A stretch of DNA of 64,000 bases, taken from assembly GCA_963774105.1 (NCBI GenBank), contig CAVZDV010000003.1, positions 4,236 to 68,235 on the forward strand, in the 5' to 3' direction. Of the stretch, positions 45,319 to 53,089 are shown in pieces (position 1 is the first letter of the stretch; the number at the start of each line of letters is the position of its first letter). Source of the DNA: an uncultured Acidobacteriota bacterium. Its GTDB lineage: Bacteria > Acidobacteriota > Blastocatellia > Pyrinomonadales > Pyrinomonadaceae. Made by a program: the position numbers and the translations under genes. The notes beneath the pieces were generated by a model. That model saw only the letters and a list, made by a program, of their open reading frames with translations, had not been told where the DNA came from and did no database searches.

Positions 45319-47625
45319 TCAGTTGGAGCCTAAGGATAGTCTGAAGCCGAGGCGCAGGAGGAGCGGGGGGCCGATGGTTCGGACGGGAGTCAGGCCCGTG
45401 GTGTAACGCTGGTCGAAGAGATTCTCGGCGGCGAGGAAGGCTTCGAGGCCGCGCGTGACGCGGCGCGAGAGGAAGGCGTCGAGCGTGAAGTAAGGGTCTA
45501 GACGAAAGCGGTTCTGGTCGTCGTCGAACTGCGCGCTCGACGCGCGGCCCTGGACGGCGGCTGTGATGACCGAGGGATTCAGGTAGCGCGCCTGAAACGT
45601 CAGTTGATGACGGGCCACCTGCGGGATTTGCAGACCTTCGAGCCCGGTGTTCGCGGGAAAGCTGACGACGGTCGCGTCCGCGAAGAGGTAGCCGCCGGAG
45701 ACTGTGAAGCTGTTGGTCAGGCGCGCGTCCCACTCTAACTCCAGGCCGCGCGAGCGCGTGCGCCCGAGGTTCTGGCGCTGGCGCGTGATGAGGGCGGGCG
45801 TGACTGTCAAAGTCACGTTGGCGACCGGCCTCGTCATCTCGGACCAGAAGAAGGCGGCGCGCGCGTTGAGCTTTTGTCCGAAGTAATGGAAGCTCGCGCC
45901 GGCCTCGCCGCCCGTCAGTCGCTCCGCGCGCAAGTTCTCGTTGGCGAGCGTCAGCACGTCGCCGACGCGGAAGCTCCTGTAAAGCTCGTTGAGCGTCGGC
46001 TGGCGGAACGCGCGGTTGATCGAAGCGTAGAGCGAGACGTTCTCGCGCGCCCTGTAGAGCACGGAGAGGTGCGGGCTGAAGGCCGTCTCCGCGCGATCCG
46101 GGAAGCGCGTGGTCGCCGTGACGTTTGACGAGAACGGGCGCGTGGCCGAGAGCGCGCGGTAGTTGCGCCAGCGGTCAACGCGCGCGCCGACGGTGATGAA
46201 AAGGTCTGGGGTCGCGCGAATGATGTCCTCGAAAAAGATTCCGACGGTGCGCTCGCGCCCGCCCGCGCCGATGAGTGAAGTCGGACGGCCGCCGACGAAG
46301 GCCAGCTCGTCGCTCGCGCCGCGCGCCTCGCGCGCCTCCAGGCCGGCGATGAGCGTCTGTCTCGCAAAGGCTGCGCGCGACCATTGCAGAGACGCGCCGA
46401 CGGATTGGGCCGGCACGCGCTGGACGCGCGTCGGCGTCTCACTAGTGCGGTCGCCGTTGACGGCGGAGAAATTCTGGTCGAAGACCTGCGTGCCGCCGTA
46501 GGCGCGCGCGGTGAACGCGCCCGCACGCTCGCTGTGCCAGTCGCCGCCCACGACGAGCTGGCGTATGTGCGTGCGGTTGCGCTGAAACGGCGTGCCGTTC
46601 GAGCGCGACTCGCCGAAGACGTTGCCGCTCGCGAAGACGGACGCGTCGGCCGAGAGTTTTCTCTCGATGGTGAGCCGCGCCACGGTGCTGCGCGCACCTG
46701 CGGGCACGTCCACGCTCCCGCGCTCGCGCTCGTCAACGATGATGAAGCCGTCTGTGTGAAACGTCTCGAAGGCTCCGCTCGCGCCCCAGTCGCCCTTGCG
46801 CCCCGCGGCGAACAGGGAAGCGTCCGCCGTCTGTTGATTCCCGTATGAGGCTTCGAGGCGGAGGGCGGGCGAGTCATGGGACGTGCGCGTGATGACGTTG
46901 ACGACGCCGCCGAGCGCGGCACTGCCATAGAGGTGAGACGCGCCGCCGCGCAGCACCTCGACGGTGTTGATGGAGGTGCGCGGAACCCTGTTCCAGTAGA
47001 CCCAGCCGCCGAAGGGGTCGTTGAGGGGGACGCCGTCACTGATGATGACGGCGCGGCTCGCGCCGCTCGCGCCGACGCCGCGCAGGGAGACGCCTTGCGT
47101 CGTGGGGTTGGCCGTGCGGCTGCCGCTGCGGCGGAAGAGGCTGAAGCCTGGAACCTGGCGGAGCGCGTCGTCGAGCGTGACGGCGGCCGTCGTCGCCAAC
47201 TCAGTCCGCGAAAGCGTGACGACGCTCGCGGCTGTCTCCCCCAGCCGCGTCTCCGTGCGCGTCGCCGTGACCGTCACAAGCTCGCTGAGCGGCGCGGGCG
47301 CGAGCACGATTTCCAGGCCCAGCAAATTCGTCCGAACCTCGCCCAGCCTGCTCTCGAAAAGTGCGAAGCCTTCGGCGCGGACGGAGAGCGTGGCCGCGGC
47401 GGGCGTTGGGGACTCAAGCCGGAAGCGCCCGTCAGAATCGGTGGTGCTTCGGGCGACGACGGCCGCGCCGTCTTTGAGAGTCACTTCGGCGCGCTCGATT
47501 GCGGCCCCCGTCTGGTCCTGGACGACTCCCTCCATGCGTGTCTCTGGCGACTGAGCGGCCGCGTTGCAGCAGAGTAAAAGAATGAGAGCGCAGGCGGATT
47601 TGAGATTTGAAATTTGAGATTTCAA
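45319..47625 (-). CDS. TonB-dependent receptor with N-terminal CarboxypepD_reg-like domain
   Basis: EGVVQDQTGAAIERAEVTLKDG...DGRFRLE. Plug (TVTATRTETRLGETAASVVTLSRTEL...GVSLRGVGASGASRAVIISDGVPLNDPFGG), then a long beta-barrel. Proposed TTG start at 47625 gives LKSQISNLKSACALILLLCCNAAAQ. The track ORF extends falsely to 48246. Confidence 0.8.
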   Translation of the reverse strand: MKSQISNLKSACALILLLCCNAAAQSPETRMEGVVQDQTGAAIERAEVTLKDGAAVVARSTTDSDGRFRLESPTPAAATLSVRAEGFALFESRLGEVRTNLLGLEIVLAPAPLSELVTVTATRTETRLGETAASVVTLSRTELATTAAVTLDDALRQVPGFSLFRRSGSRTANPTTQGVSLRGVGASGASRAVIISDGVPLNDPFGGWVYWNRVPRTSINTVEVLRGGASHLYGSAALGGVVNVITRTSHDSPALRLEASYGNQQTADASLFAAGRKGDWGASGAFETFHTDGFIIVDERERGSVDVPAGARSTVARLTIERKLSADASVFASGNVFGESRSNGTPFQRNRTHIRQLVVGGDWHSERAGAFTARAYGGTQVFDQNFSAVNGDRTSETPTRVQRVPAQSVGASLQWSRAAFARQTLIAGLEAREARGASDELAFVGGRPTSLIGAGGRERTVGIFFEDIIRATPDLFITVGARVDRWRNYRALSATRPFSSNVTATTRFPDRAETAFSPHLSVLYRARENVSLYASINRAFRQPTLNELYRSFRVGDVLTLANENLRAERLTGGEAGASFHYFGQKLNARAAFFWSEMTRPVANVTLTVTPALITRQRQNLGRTRSRGLELEWDARLTNSFTVSGGYLFADATVVSFPANTGLEGLQIPQVARHQLTFQARYLNPSVITAAVQGRASSAQFDDDQNRFRLDPYFTLDAFLSRRVTRGLEAFLAAENLFDQRYTTGLTPVRTIGPPLLLRLGFRLSLGSN

Positions 47626-48842
47626 ATTCTTCTCCGCACGTAGTACACGACGCCGTTGTAGTCGTCTGTCAGGAGGAAGGCGTCCGGCCCCAGCTTGAGG
47701 ATGTCCGCGGGGCGGCCGTTGAGCTTGCCGTTCTGCATGAAGCCCGTGATGAAGTCTTCCGCCGCGCGACCGCCGCGCCGGACGCGGACGACGCTGTGGC
47801 CGCGGTCCATCCTGTGAATCGAAGAGCCGTGCAGGGCGACCAGGAAAGAGTTCTTCAGACTGGCCGCGGAGGTGGCGTCGTCGAAATATTCCAGGCCGAG
47901 CGGCGAGCTGTGAGCCGGAAAGGCCGCGAACGCCGCTGGCACAGTTCTGCATCCTTTGAACTTCGCGGACGAGCTGAACTGCGGGTCGGCGTAGATTCTG
48001 GGGCCTTGCTGGTAGCAGTAAGGCCAGCCGTAGTCCGCGCCGCCGCGCAGGGCGTACATCGTGTCCGAGGGCTTGTCGCGGCCGAGGTGGTCCGCGCCCA
48101 TGTTGGTGGCGTAGAGCTCGCGGCCGACCCACTTGAGGCCGACGGCGTTGCGCAGGCCCGCGACGTAAGTCCGCTTGTTGCTCCCGTCCGGGTCCATCTC
48201 GATGACGCTCGCGCGGACCTCCTCCTTCTCCTCGCACGCGTTGCAACTACTGCCGACGGAGACGTAGAGCTTGCCGTTCGGGCCGTAGGCGACCGTGCGC
48301 GTCAGGTGCCAGCCGCCGTACTTGTAACCGAGCCCGTAGTCTGGAAACTCCGCGAGCACCTGCGGGCGTCCGCGCGGCGCGTTGTCGCCCGCGCGGTAGC
48401 GGTAGCGCACGAGCTGGTCCGTCAGCGCCAGGTAGAGCCAACTCTCGCCGCCCGTGTCCGAGTGGAAACAGATGCTGTTCGGGTTGCGCAGGTTCGACAG
48501 GTAAGGCGTGACCTTGCGGAAGCGGCCCGCGCGCTCGTCGAACTCTTCGAGGATGTAGACCGCGCCGCGCTTGTTGTCCGCCAGGTTGTACATGTCCGTG
48601 ACGAAGACGCGGCCGTCCGGGCTCTTCGCCATGAAGCGGACGCGCTTCAACCCTTCGGCCGCGACCGTCGCCTCAAACTCCTCCGGCAGATTGAGATTGA
48701 ACGTGAGCCCCTTGGCGAGCGTGATTTTCTGCGGCCTCAGCCTGGGCGCACGCGTTTGTGCGGTAGCATGAGCCGAGCACGCAGCCAGTAAAAAAATAAG
48801 CCAGAGGCTTGAAGATTGTCGGAGCCTGCTTTTCGTCTTCAT
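47622..48842 (-). CDS. PQQ-dependent (sorbosone dehydrogenase-like) beta-propeller protein
   Basis: Signal peptide. GWHLTRTVAYGPNGKLYVSVGSSCNACEE and GADYGWPYCY blocks. The stop overlaps the TTG of the TonB receptor (TTGA). Confidence 0.8.
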   Translation of the reverse strand: MKTKSRLRQSSSLWLIFLLAACSAHATAQTRAPRLRPQKITLAKGLTFNLNLPEEFEATVAAEGLKRVRFMAKSPDGRVFVTDMYNLADNKRGAVYILEEFDERAGRFRKVTPYLSNLRNPNSICFHSDTGGESWLYLALTDQLVRYRYRAGDNAPRGRPQVLAEFPDYGLGYKYGGWHLTRTVAYGPNGKLYVSVGSSCNACEEKEEVRASVIEMDPDGSNKRTYVAGLRNAVGLKWVGRELYATNMGADHLGRDKPSDTMYALRGGADYGWPYCYQQGPRIYADPQFSSSAKFKGCRTVPAAFAAFPAHSSPLGLEYFDDATSAASLKNSFLVALHGSSIHRMDRGHSVVRVRRGGRAAEDFITGFMQNGKLNGRPADILKLGPDAFLLTDDYNGVVYYVRRRI

Positions 48843-48958
48843 CAGTATGTGCTTAAGCCAATTCCGCCGGCGAAGTCAATAGAATTTGAGAATTGCGGGG
48901 CGGGCACGCATAATGCGGAGAGCTTTCGTCTCATCAACTTTCGGCCGCGAGGAGAGCC

Positions 48959-49606
48959 TTGGCAAGCAACGAAGAGAAAGTGCGCGCGCGCGAGATCGTG
49001 CGGCGGCTCAAGCGGGAGTACCCGGACGCGCGCTGCTCGCTCAACCACACGACGCCGCTGGAGCTGCTGGTCGCGACGATTCTTTCCGCGCAGTGCACGG
49101 ACGAGCGCGTCAACCTCGTCACCGCGAACCTCTTCAGGAAGTACCGCCGCGCCGAGGATTACTTCAACGTCGCCCAGACAGAGTTGGAGCAGGACATACG
49201 CTCGACGGGTTTTTACCGCAACAAGGCGAAGGCCATACAGGGCGCGTGCCGCCTCATCGCAGAGCAGCACGGAGGGAGCGTGCCGGAAAACCTTGAAGAA
49301 CTCCTGGCGCTGCCCGGCGTCGCGCGCAAGACGGCCAACGTCGTGCTCGGCAACGCCTTCAACATCACCTCCGGCGTCGTCGTGGACACGCACGTCGCCC
49401 GGCTGTCGGAACGATTGGGACTTTCGACGGAAAAGCAGCCCGAGAAGATCGAGCGCGACCTGATGGAACTCATCCCGCGCAAGGACTGGATTCTCTTCTC
49501 ACACCTCTTGATCGCCCACGGCCGCAAAGTCTGCAAGGCCCGCACGCCGCTGTGCGCCGAGTGCGTGGTCGAGCGCCTCTGCCCCTCTTCATTGCTGAAG
49601 GTCTAG
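48959..49606 (+). CDS. nth: Endonuclease III
   Basis: HhH-GPD core (LPGVARKTANVVLGNAF, VDTHV) and C-terminal 4Fe-4S Cys ligands CKARTPLCAECVVERLC. Confidence 0.92.
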   Translation: MASNEEKVRAREIVRRLKREYPDARCSLNHTTPLELLVATILSAQCTDERVNLVTANLFRKYRRAEDYFNVAQTELEQDIRSTGFYRNKAKAIQGACRLIAEQHGGSVPENLEELLALPGVARKTANVVLGNAFNITSGVVVDTHVARLSERLGLSTEKQPEKIERDLMELIPRKDWILFSHLLIAHGRKVCKARTPLCAECVVERLCPSSLLKV

Positions 49607-49755
49607 ATTGCGAGGCGGCCCCTTCGCGCTTGCATAAAAGGAGGCGGCGTTCTACTCTTTGACGTACACCGTTCGCCTCCCCTTTGCCGTAAAAACTAAA
49701 TCCCCCGCGACAAATTTTTGACGCCACGAACCTCTGTGTGAGGAGGGAAGAGCAA

Positions 49756-51057
49756 ATGTGCCAATCTGGAAGAATCGTCGCGCTGGTGCTCGCGGTCGCG
49801 CTCGCGGCCGTCAACGTGACGGCGCAGGGTCAGCGCCGCCGCCGCCCCGCGCCGCCGCCGAGCCAGGGCGCGAGCGCCGTCGAGTCTCGCCTGACGGGCG
49901 AGTACCGCCTTAACGTCGAGAGCAGCGACGACCCGCGCGCCGCGGCCGAGCGCGCCCTGAGCGCGTATGCGTTCGACACGGACCCGAGCGACGTTGACGA
50001 AATGGTCAGCCGCCTGACTTCGCCCGCCAAGATTTCCGTCGAGCGGCGCGGAGCCACGATCAGCATCGCCTCGACGCGCGCACCGCGCATCAGTTTCGAG
50101 GCCGACGGGCGCGAGCGCACTGAGTCCGCCCGGGACGGCCGCCCAGTGCGCACGCGCGCCGTCCTCTACGGCGACGAGTTGATGGTGACTTCGGGCGGCG
50201 GCCGTGCAGACGACTTCAGCGTCACCTTCTCGCCGCTCGACGGGGGACGCCGCCTGCGCGTGACGCGCCGCGTCTTCTCCGAAAAACTGGGCCAGCCCAT
50301 CGTCGTCCAGAGCATTTACGACAAAACTTCGAGCGTCGCGCGCTGGGGGGTGTACGGCGAGCCCGAGTCGGCCCAAATCGCCGCGGCCCGAAACACCCCG
50401 CGCACGCTGCCCCCCGCCAGCGTCGGGAATAATCCACGGCCCTCGCCGCCGGCCGACGAGAGGCGCACCCCGCCGCCGCCCGACGCGGCCCCGCCCGTCA
50501 TCCCCGAGAATGACGCCGACGCTTATGCTTTAGTCATCCCGGAGGGGACGCAGCTCGTGGCCGAGCTTGACCAGAACCTGAGCACTTCGTATTCGCGCGT
50601 GGGCGACGGCTTTACGATGACCGTGCGCGGTCCCGCGCAGTACGAGGGGGCGACCATCGAAGGGTACGTTTCGCGGATGGAGCGGGCTGGCCCATTTTCG
50701 GGGCGCTCCGGCATGACTCTCGAATTTTCGCGGATACGCCTCAGCGACGGGCGCGCGGCCCCTTTTAACGGGCTTGTCGAAAACGTGCGCCCGGCCGACG
50801 GCGAAGATGTCCGCGTGGATAATGAAGGGCCGACAAGCGTGGAGGAGCGGGACAGCCCCAGGAACCGCACGGCGCAGCGCGCGGCGATAGGCGCGGCCGT
50901 CGGCGCTATCATCGGGGCCATCGCGGGCGGCGGCAAGGGGGCCGCCATCGGCGCAGCCGTCGGCGCGGGCGTCGGCGCAGGCTCCGTCTACATACAGGGG
51001 CGCGATGAGCTGGAGTTGAAGAGGGGGACGGAGCTACGAGTTCGCTCGCGGCGGTGA
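49756..51057 (+). CDS. Secreted glycine-zipper protein; paralog of 34258..35835
   Basis: Signal peptide MCQSGRIVALVLAVALAAVNVTAQ. Shared core (LTGEYRLNVESSDD ... ISFEADGRERTE ... FSVTFSPLDGGRRLRVTRR ... VQSIYDKTSSVA). C-terminus GAAVGAIIGAIAGGGKGAAIGAAVGAGVGAGSVYIQG. Confidence 0.7.
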   Translation: MCQSGRIVALVLAVALAAVNVTAQGQRRRRPAPPPSQGASAVESRLTGEYRLNVESSDDPRAAAERALSAYAFDTDPSDVDEMVSRLTSPAKISVERRGATISIASTRAPRISFEADGRERTESARDGRPVRTRAVLYGDELMVTSGGGRADDFSVTFSPLDGGRRLRVTRRVFSEKLGQPIVVQSIYDKTSSVARWGVYGEPESAQIAAARNTPRTLPPASVGNNPRPSPPADERRTPPPPDAAPPVIPENDADAYALVIPEGTQLVAELDQNLSTSYSRVGDGFTMTVRGPAQYEGATIEGYVSRMERAGPFSGRSGMTLEFSRIRLSDGRAAPFNGLVENVRPADGEDVRVDNEGPTSVEERDSPRNRTAQRAAIGAAVGAIIGAIAGGGKGAAIGAAVGAGVGAGSVYIQGRDELELKRGTELRVRSRR

Positions 51058-51108
51058 CCGCTTCGCGGGATTGCAAATTCGGACCCTTTGTCCTATCCTC
51101 GCCGCCGT

Positions 51109-51190
51109 GAAAGGCAGAAGGCAGTAGGCGGAAAGCAGAAAAAAATGCTCGTCGCTACCTTCTGCCTTCCGCCTACTGCCTTCTGCTTTC
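51109..51190. repeat. Palindromic GGCAGAAGGCAGTAGGCGG element, family D
   Basis: GAAAGGCAGAAGGCAGTAGGCGGAAAGCAGAA ... TTCTGCCTTCCGCCTACTGCCTTCTGCTTTC. About 31-bp arms with a ~20-nt loop. Confidence 0.8.
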
Positions 51191-51220
51191 TATATTCCCT
51201 AAACAGGTGAGCGCCCGAAC

Positions 51221-52342
51221 ATGCAAGCACCCCCGCAGCCAACGAATCAGGAGAAAGTCCACCGCTACCCGTGCCCGTCGTGCGGCGCGATTCTGCTCTT
51301 CGAGCCGAAGGACGGCGCCCTGGCCTGCCCCTACTGCGGCCACAAGGAGCAGATCCCGCAGAGCGCCGAGCAGGTCGAGGAGCGTTCCTTCGAACAATAC
51401 CTCAAGCCCCGCGCGGACCAGTTGCAGGAACTCGCGCCCGGCGCGCTCGAAGTGCAATGTTCGAGCTGCGGCGCGGTCGTGACCTTCGTCCCGCCGGAGG
51501 TGGCGCGCGAGTGCGACTTCTGCGGCGCGCAGATTGTGGCGCAGCCGAAGTCCGCCGACCCGACGGTCGCGCCCGAGGGCGTCCTGCCGTTCCTCATCCC
51601 GCAGCCGCAGGCCACGGCCCACGTCAAGCAGTGGATCGCCTCGCGCTGGTTCGCGCCCAACGCGCTCAAGAAATTCGCCACGCCCGAGGCGATTGACGGC
51701 GTCTACCTCCCGTTCTGGACTTACGACGCCAACACCGTCAGCTATTACACGGGGCAGCGCGGCGAGTACTACTACGTGACCGAGACCTACACGGAGACGG
51801 ACGCGCAGGGGCGCACGGAGACCAAGACGCGGCAGGTCCGGCACACGCGCTGGTGGCCCGTTTCTGGCACAGTCTCGCGCTGGTTCGACGACATCCTCGT
51901 CCCGGCCACGAAGTCGCTGCCCCTTAACCGCCTCACCGCGCTGGAGCCCTGGGATTTGGCACAGCTCAAGCCTTACGAGCCCGCCTACCTCTCGGGCTTC
52001 AAGGCGCAGCGCTACCAGGTGGAACTGGCCGAAGGCTTCGAGCAGGCGAAGGCCGTGGCCGCGGGCGTCATCCAGTCGGACGTGCGCCGCGACATGGGCG
52101 GCGACGAGCAGATGATCTCGGACATCAAGACGCACTACTCGGCCGTCACCTTCAAGCACCTGCTGCTGCCCGTCTACGCGGGCGCGTACAGGCTGAACCA
52201 GAAAGTCTTCCAGGTCGTCGTCAACGGCCGGACCGGCGAGGTGCAGGGCGACCGGCCCTACAGCTTCTGGAAGATCGCGCTCCTCGTCCTCTCCATCCTG
52301 CTCGTCATCCTCGTCATCTATCTGCTGGCGAATTCCAGATGA
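51221..52342 (+). CDS. Double zinc-ribbon protein with C-terminal TM anchor, function unknown
   Basis: CPSCG...CPYCG and CSSCG...CDFCG ribbons, a conserved-looking ~220-aa domain, and terminal helix IALLVLSILLVILVIYLLA. Confidence 0.7.
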   Translation: MQAPPQPTNQEKVHRYPCPSCGAILLFEPKDGALACPYCGHKEQIPQSAEQVEERSFEQYLKPRADQLQELAPGALEVQCSSCGAVVTFVPPEVARECDFCGAQIVAQPKSADPTVAPEGVLPFLIPQPQATAHVKQWIASRWFAPNALKKFATPEAIDGVYLPFWTYDANTVSYYTGQRGEYYYVTETYTETDAQGRTETKTRQVRHTRWWPVSGTVSRWFDDILVPATKSLPLNRLTALEPWDLAQLKPYEPAYLSGFKAQRYQVELAEGFEQAKAVAAGVIQSDVRRDMGGDEQMISDIKTHYSAVTFKHLLLPVYAGAYRLNQKVFQVVVNGRTGEVQGDRPYSFWKIALLVLSILLVILVIYLLANSR

Positions 52343-52368
52343 AAGCGGGCCAAAATTCGGCAAAAGAA

Positions 52369-52396
52369 AAAGGCGCTCTCTGTTGAGAGCGCCTTT
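52369..52396. terminator. Bidirectional hairpin terminator
   Basis: AAAGGCGCTCTC-TGTT-GAGAGCGCCTTT with T-rich runs on both strands. Lies between the plus-strand gene and the tRNA-His 3' end. Confidence 0.75.
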
Positions 52397-52409
52397 CTTC
52401 TACTGAAAC

Positions 52410-52486
52410 TGGGGCGGCTGGCGGGAATCGAACCCGCGGCATCGAGATCCACAATCTCGCGTTCTAACCGCTGAACTACAGCCGCC
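52410..52486 (-). tRNA. tRNA-His (GTG), with G-1 and encoded CCA
   Basis: Reverse complement: G-GCGGCTG-TA-GTTC-AGCGGTTA-GAAC-G-CGAGA-TTGTGGA-TCTCG-ATGCC-GCGGG-TTCGATT-CCCGC-CAGCCGC-C-CCA. All stems are Watson-Crick, and the extra 5' G pairs with C73. Confidence 0.95.
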
Positions 52487-52518
52487 GTATTAACTTTTCA
52501 TTCTTCTGCAATCATCCA

Positions 52519-52980
52519 TTATGCGCCCTTGGAACCGTCTTCACTGAACAGATGCCTCTTATAGCCGAAACGGTTCGCCGTCCTGCGCCGATGGCAGTTC
52601 GCGCAACGTACATCGCACTTCTCAATCTCAGCTCGTATCGTAGTCCAGGAAAAATTGTGAGTAACCAAGATACAAACTGATTCTATCTTCAGTTCATCAG
52701 CCCTATGATCGAATTCAAGGACTACCGGATCGCGTTCGCCGCAATCAACGCAAGGATGAGTACGAAGATACTCGTAAACCATTCTTGCTTTCTCGTCTCG
52801 TAATCTGTTCGTGCTCTCTCTATGTTTCTCCCGGTAATGAGAGCGAGCTTTATAATAACGCTTCTTATATGAGCTGCTAAAGCAAGCCCGACACCACAAA
52901 GCCCTGCCATCCTTCTTTCGCCTATTAGCCGGGAAGTCTTCGTGGTTCTTTTCTACTCGGCACTTAGTGCAAACCTTCAT
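52519..52980 (-). CDS. HNH endonuclease (free-standing, AT-rich)
   Basis: 153 aa. N-terminal Cys4-like CTKC...CRAC. HNH core CVDCGERDPVVLEFDHR ... N ... RCANCHRRRT. Clearly lower GC than the flanks. The ATG lies 4 nt after the truncated tRNA-His half. Confidence 0.8.
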   Translation of the reverse strand: MKVCTKCRVEKNHEDFPANRRKKDGRALWCRACFSSSYKKRYYKARSHYREKHRESTNRLRDEKARMVYEYLRTHPCVDCGERDPVVLEFDHRADELKIESVCILVTHNFSWTTIRAEIEKCDVRCANCHRRRTANRFGYKRHLFSEDGSKGA

Positions 52981-52984
52981 CTGC

Positions 52985-53021
52985 CCACAATCAAGCGCTT
53001 TAACCGCTGAACTACGGCCGC
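52985..53021 (-). pseudogene. Truncated, diverged tRNA-His 5' half (positions 1-37)
   Basis: Reverse complement is GCGGCCGTAGTTCAGCGGTTAAAGCGCTTGATTGTGG. The intact gene reads GCGGCTGTAGTTCAGCGGTTAGAACGCGAGATTGTGG. Similarity ends right after the GTG anticodon. The D-stem no longer pairs, and there is no 3' half. Confidence 0.7.
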
Positions 53022-53089
53022 GATGTTATGGGTGGAAACTTATGATTACATCACTCAGCCTATTTTCGCAAGCATGAGCGCTGGGTAAA

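Noticed and set aside
45319-48246. 975-aa ORF in the track, suggesting a giant TonB receptor
   Set aside because: Residues upstream of LKSQISNLKS are Arg/Pro/Gly-rich shadow sequence. They fully overlap, in another frame, the well-supported PQQ-propeller gene 47622..48842. The receiver-like features (signal peptide, CarboxypepD_reg, plug) only begin at about 47625.
51173-52363. 396-aa minus-strand ORF
   Set aside because: It is antisense to the zinc-ribbon protein gene. It is low-complexity and Arg/Leu/Gly-rich.
52487-53021. tRNA-His split by an HNH-encoding group I intron
   Set aside because: There is no 3' exon after the ORF. The 32 nt before the intact tRNA-His have no tRNA similarity, and no group I core elements flank the ORF. 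The downstream tRNA-His is complete on its own.
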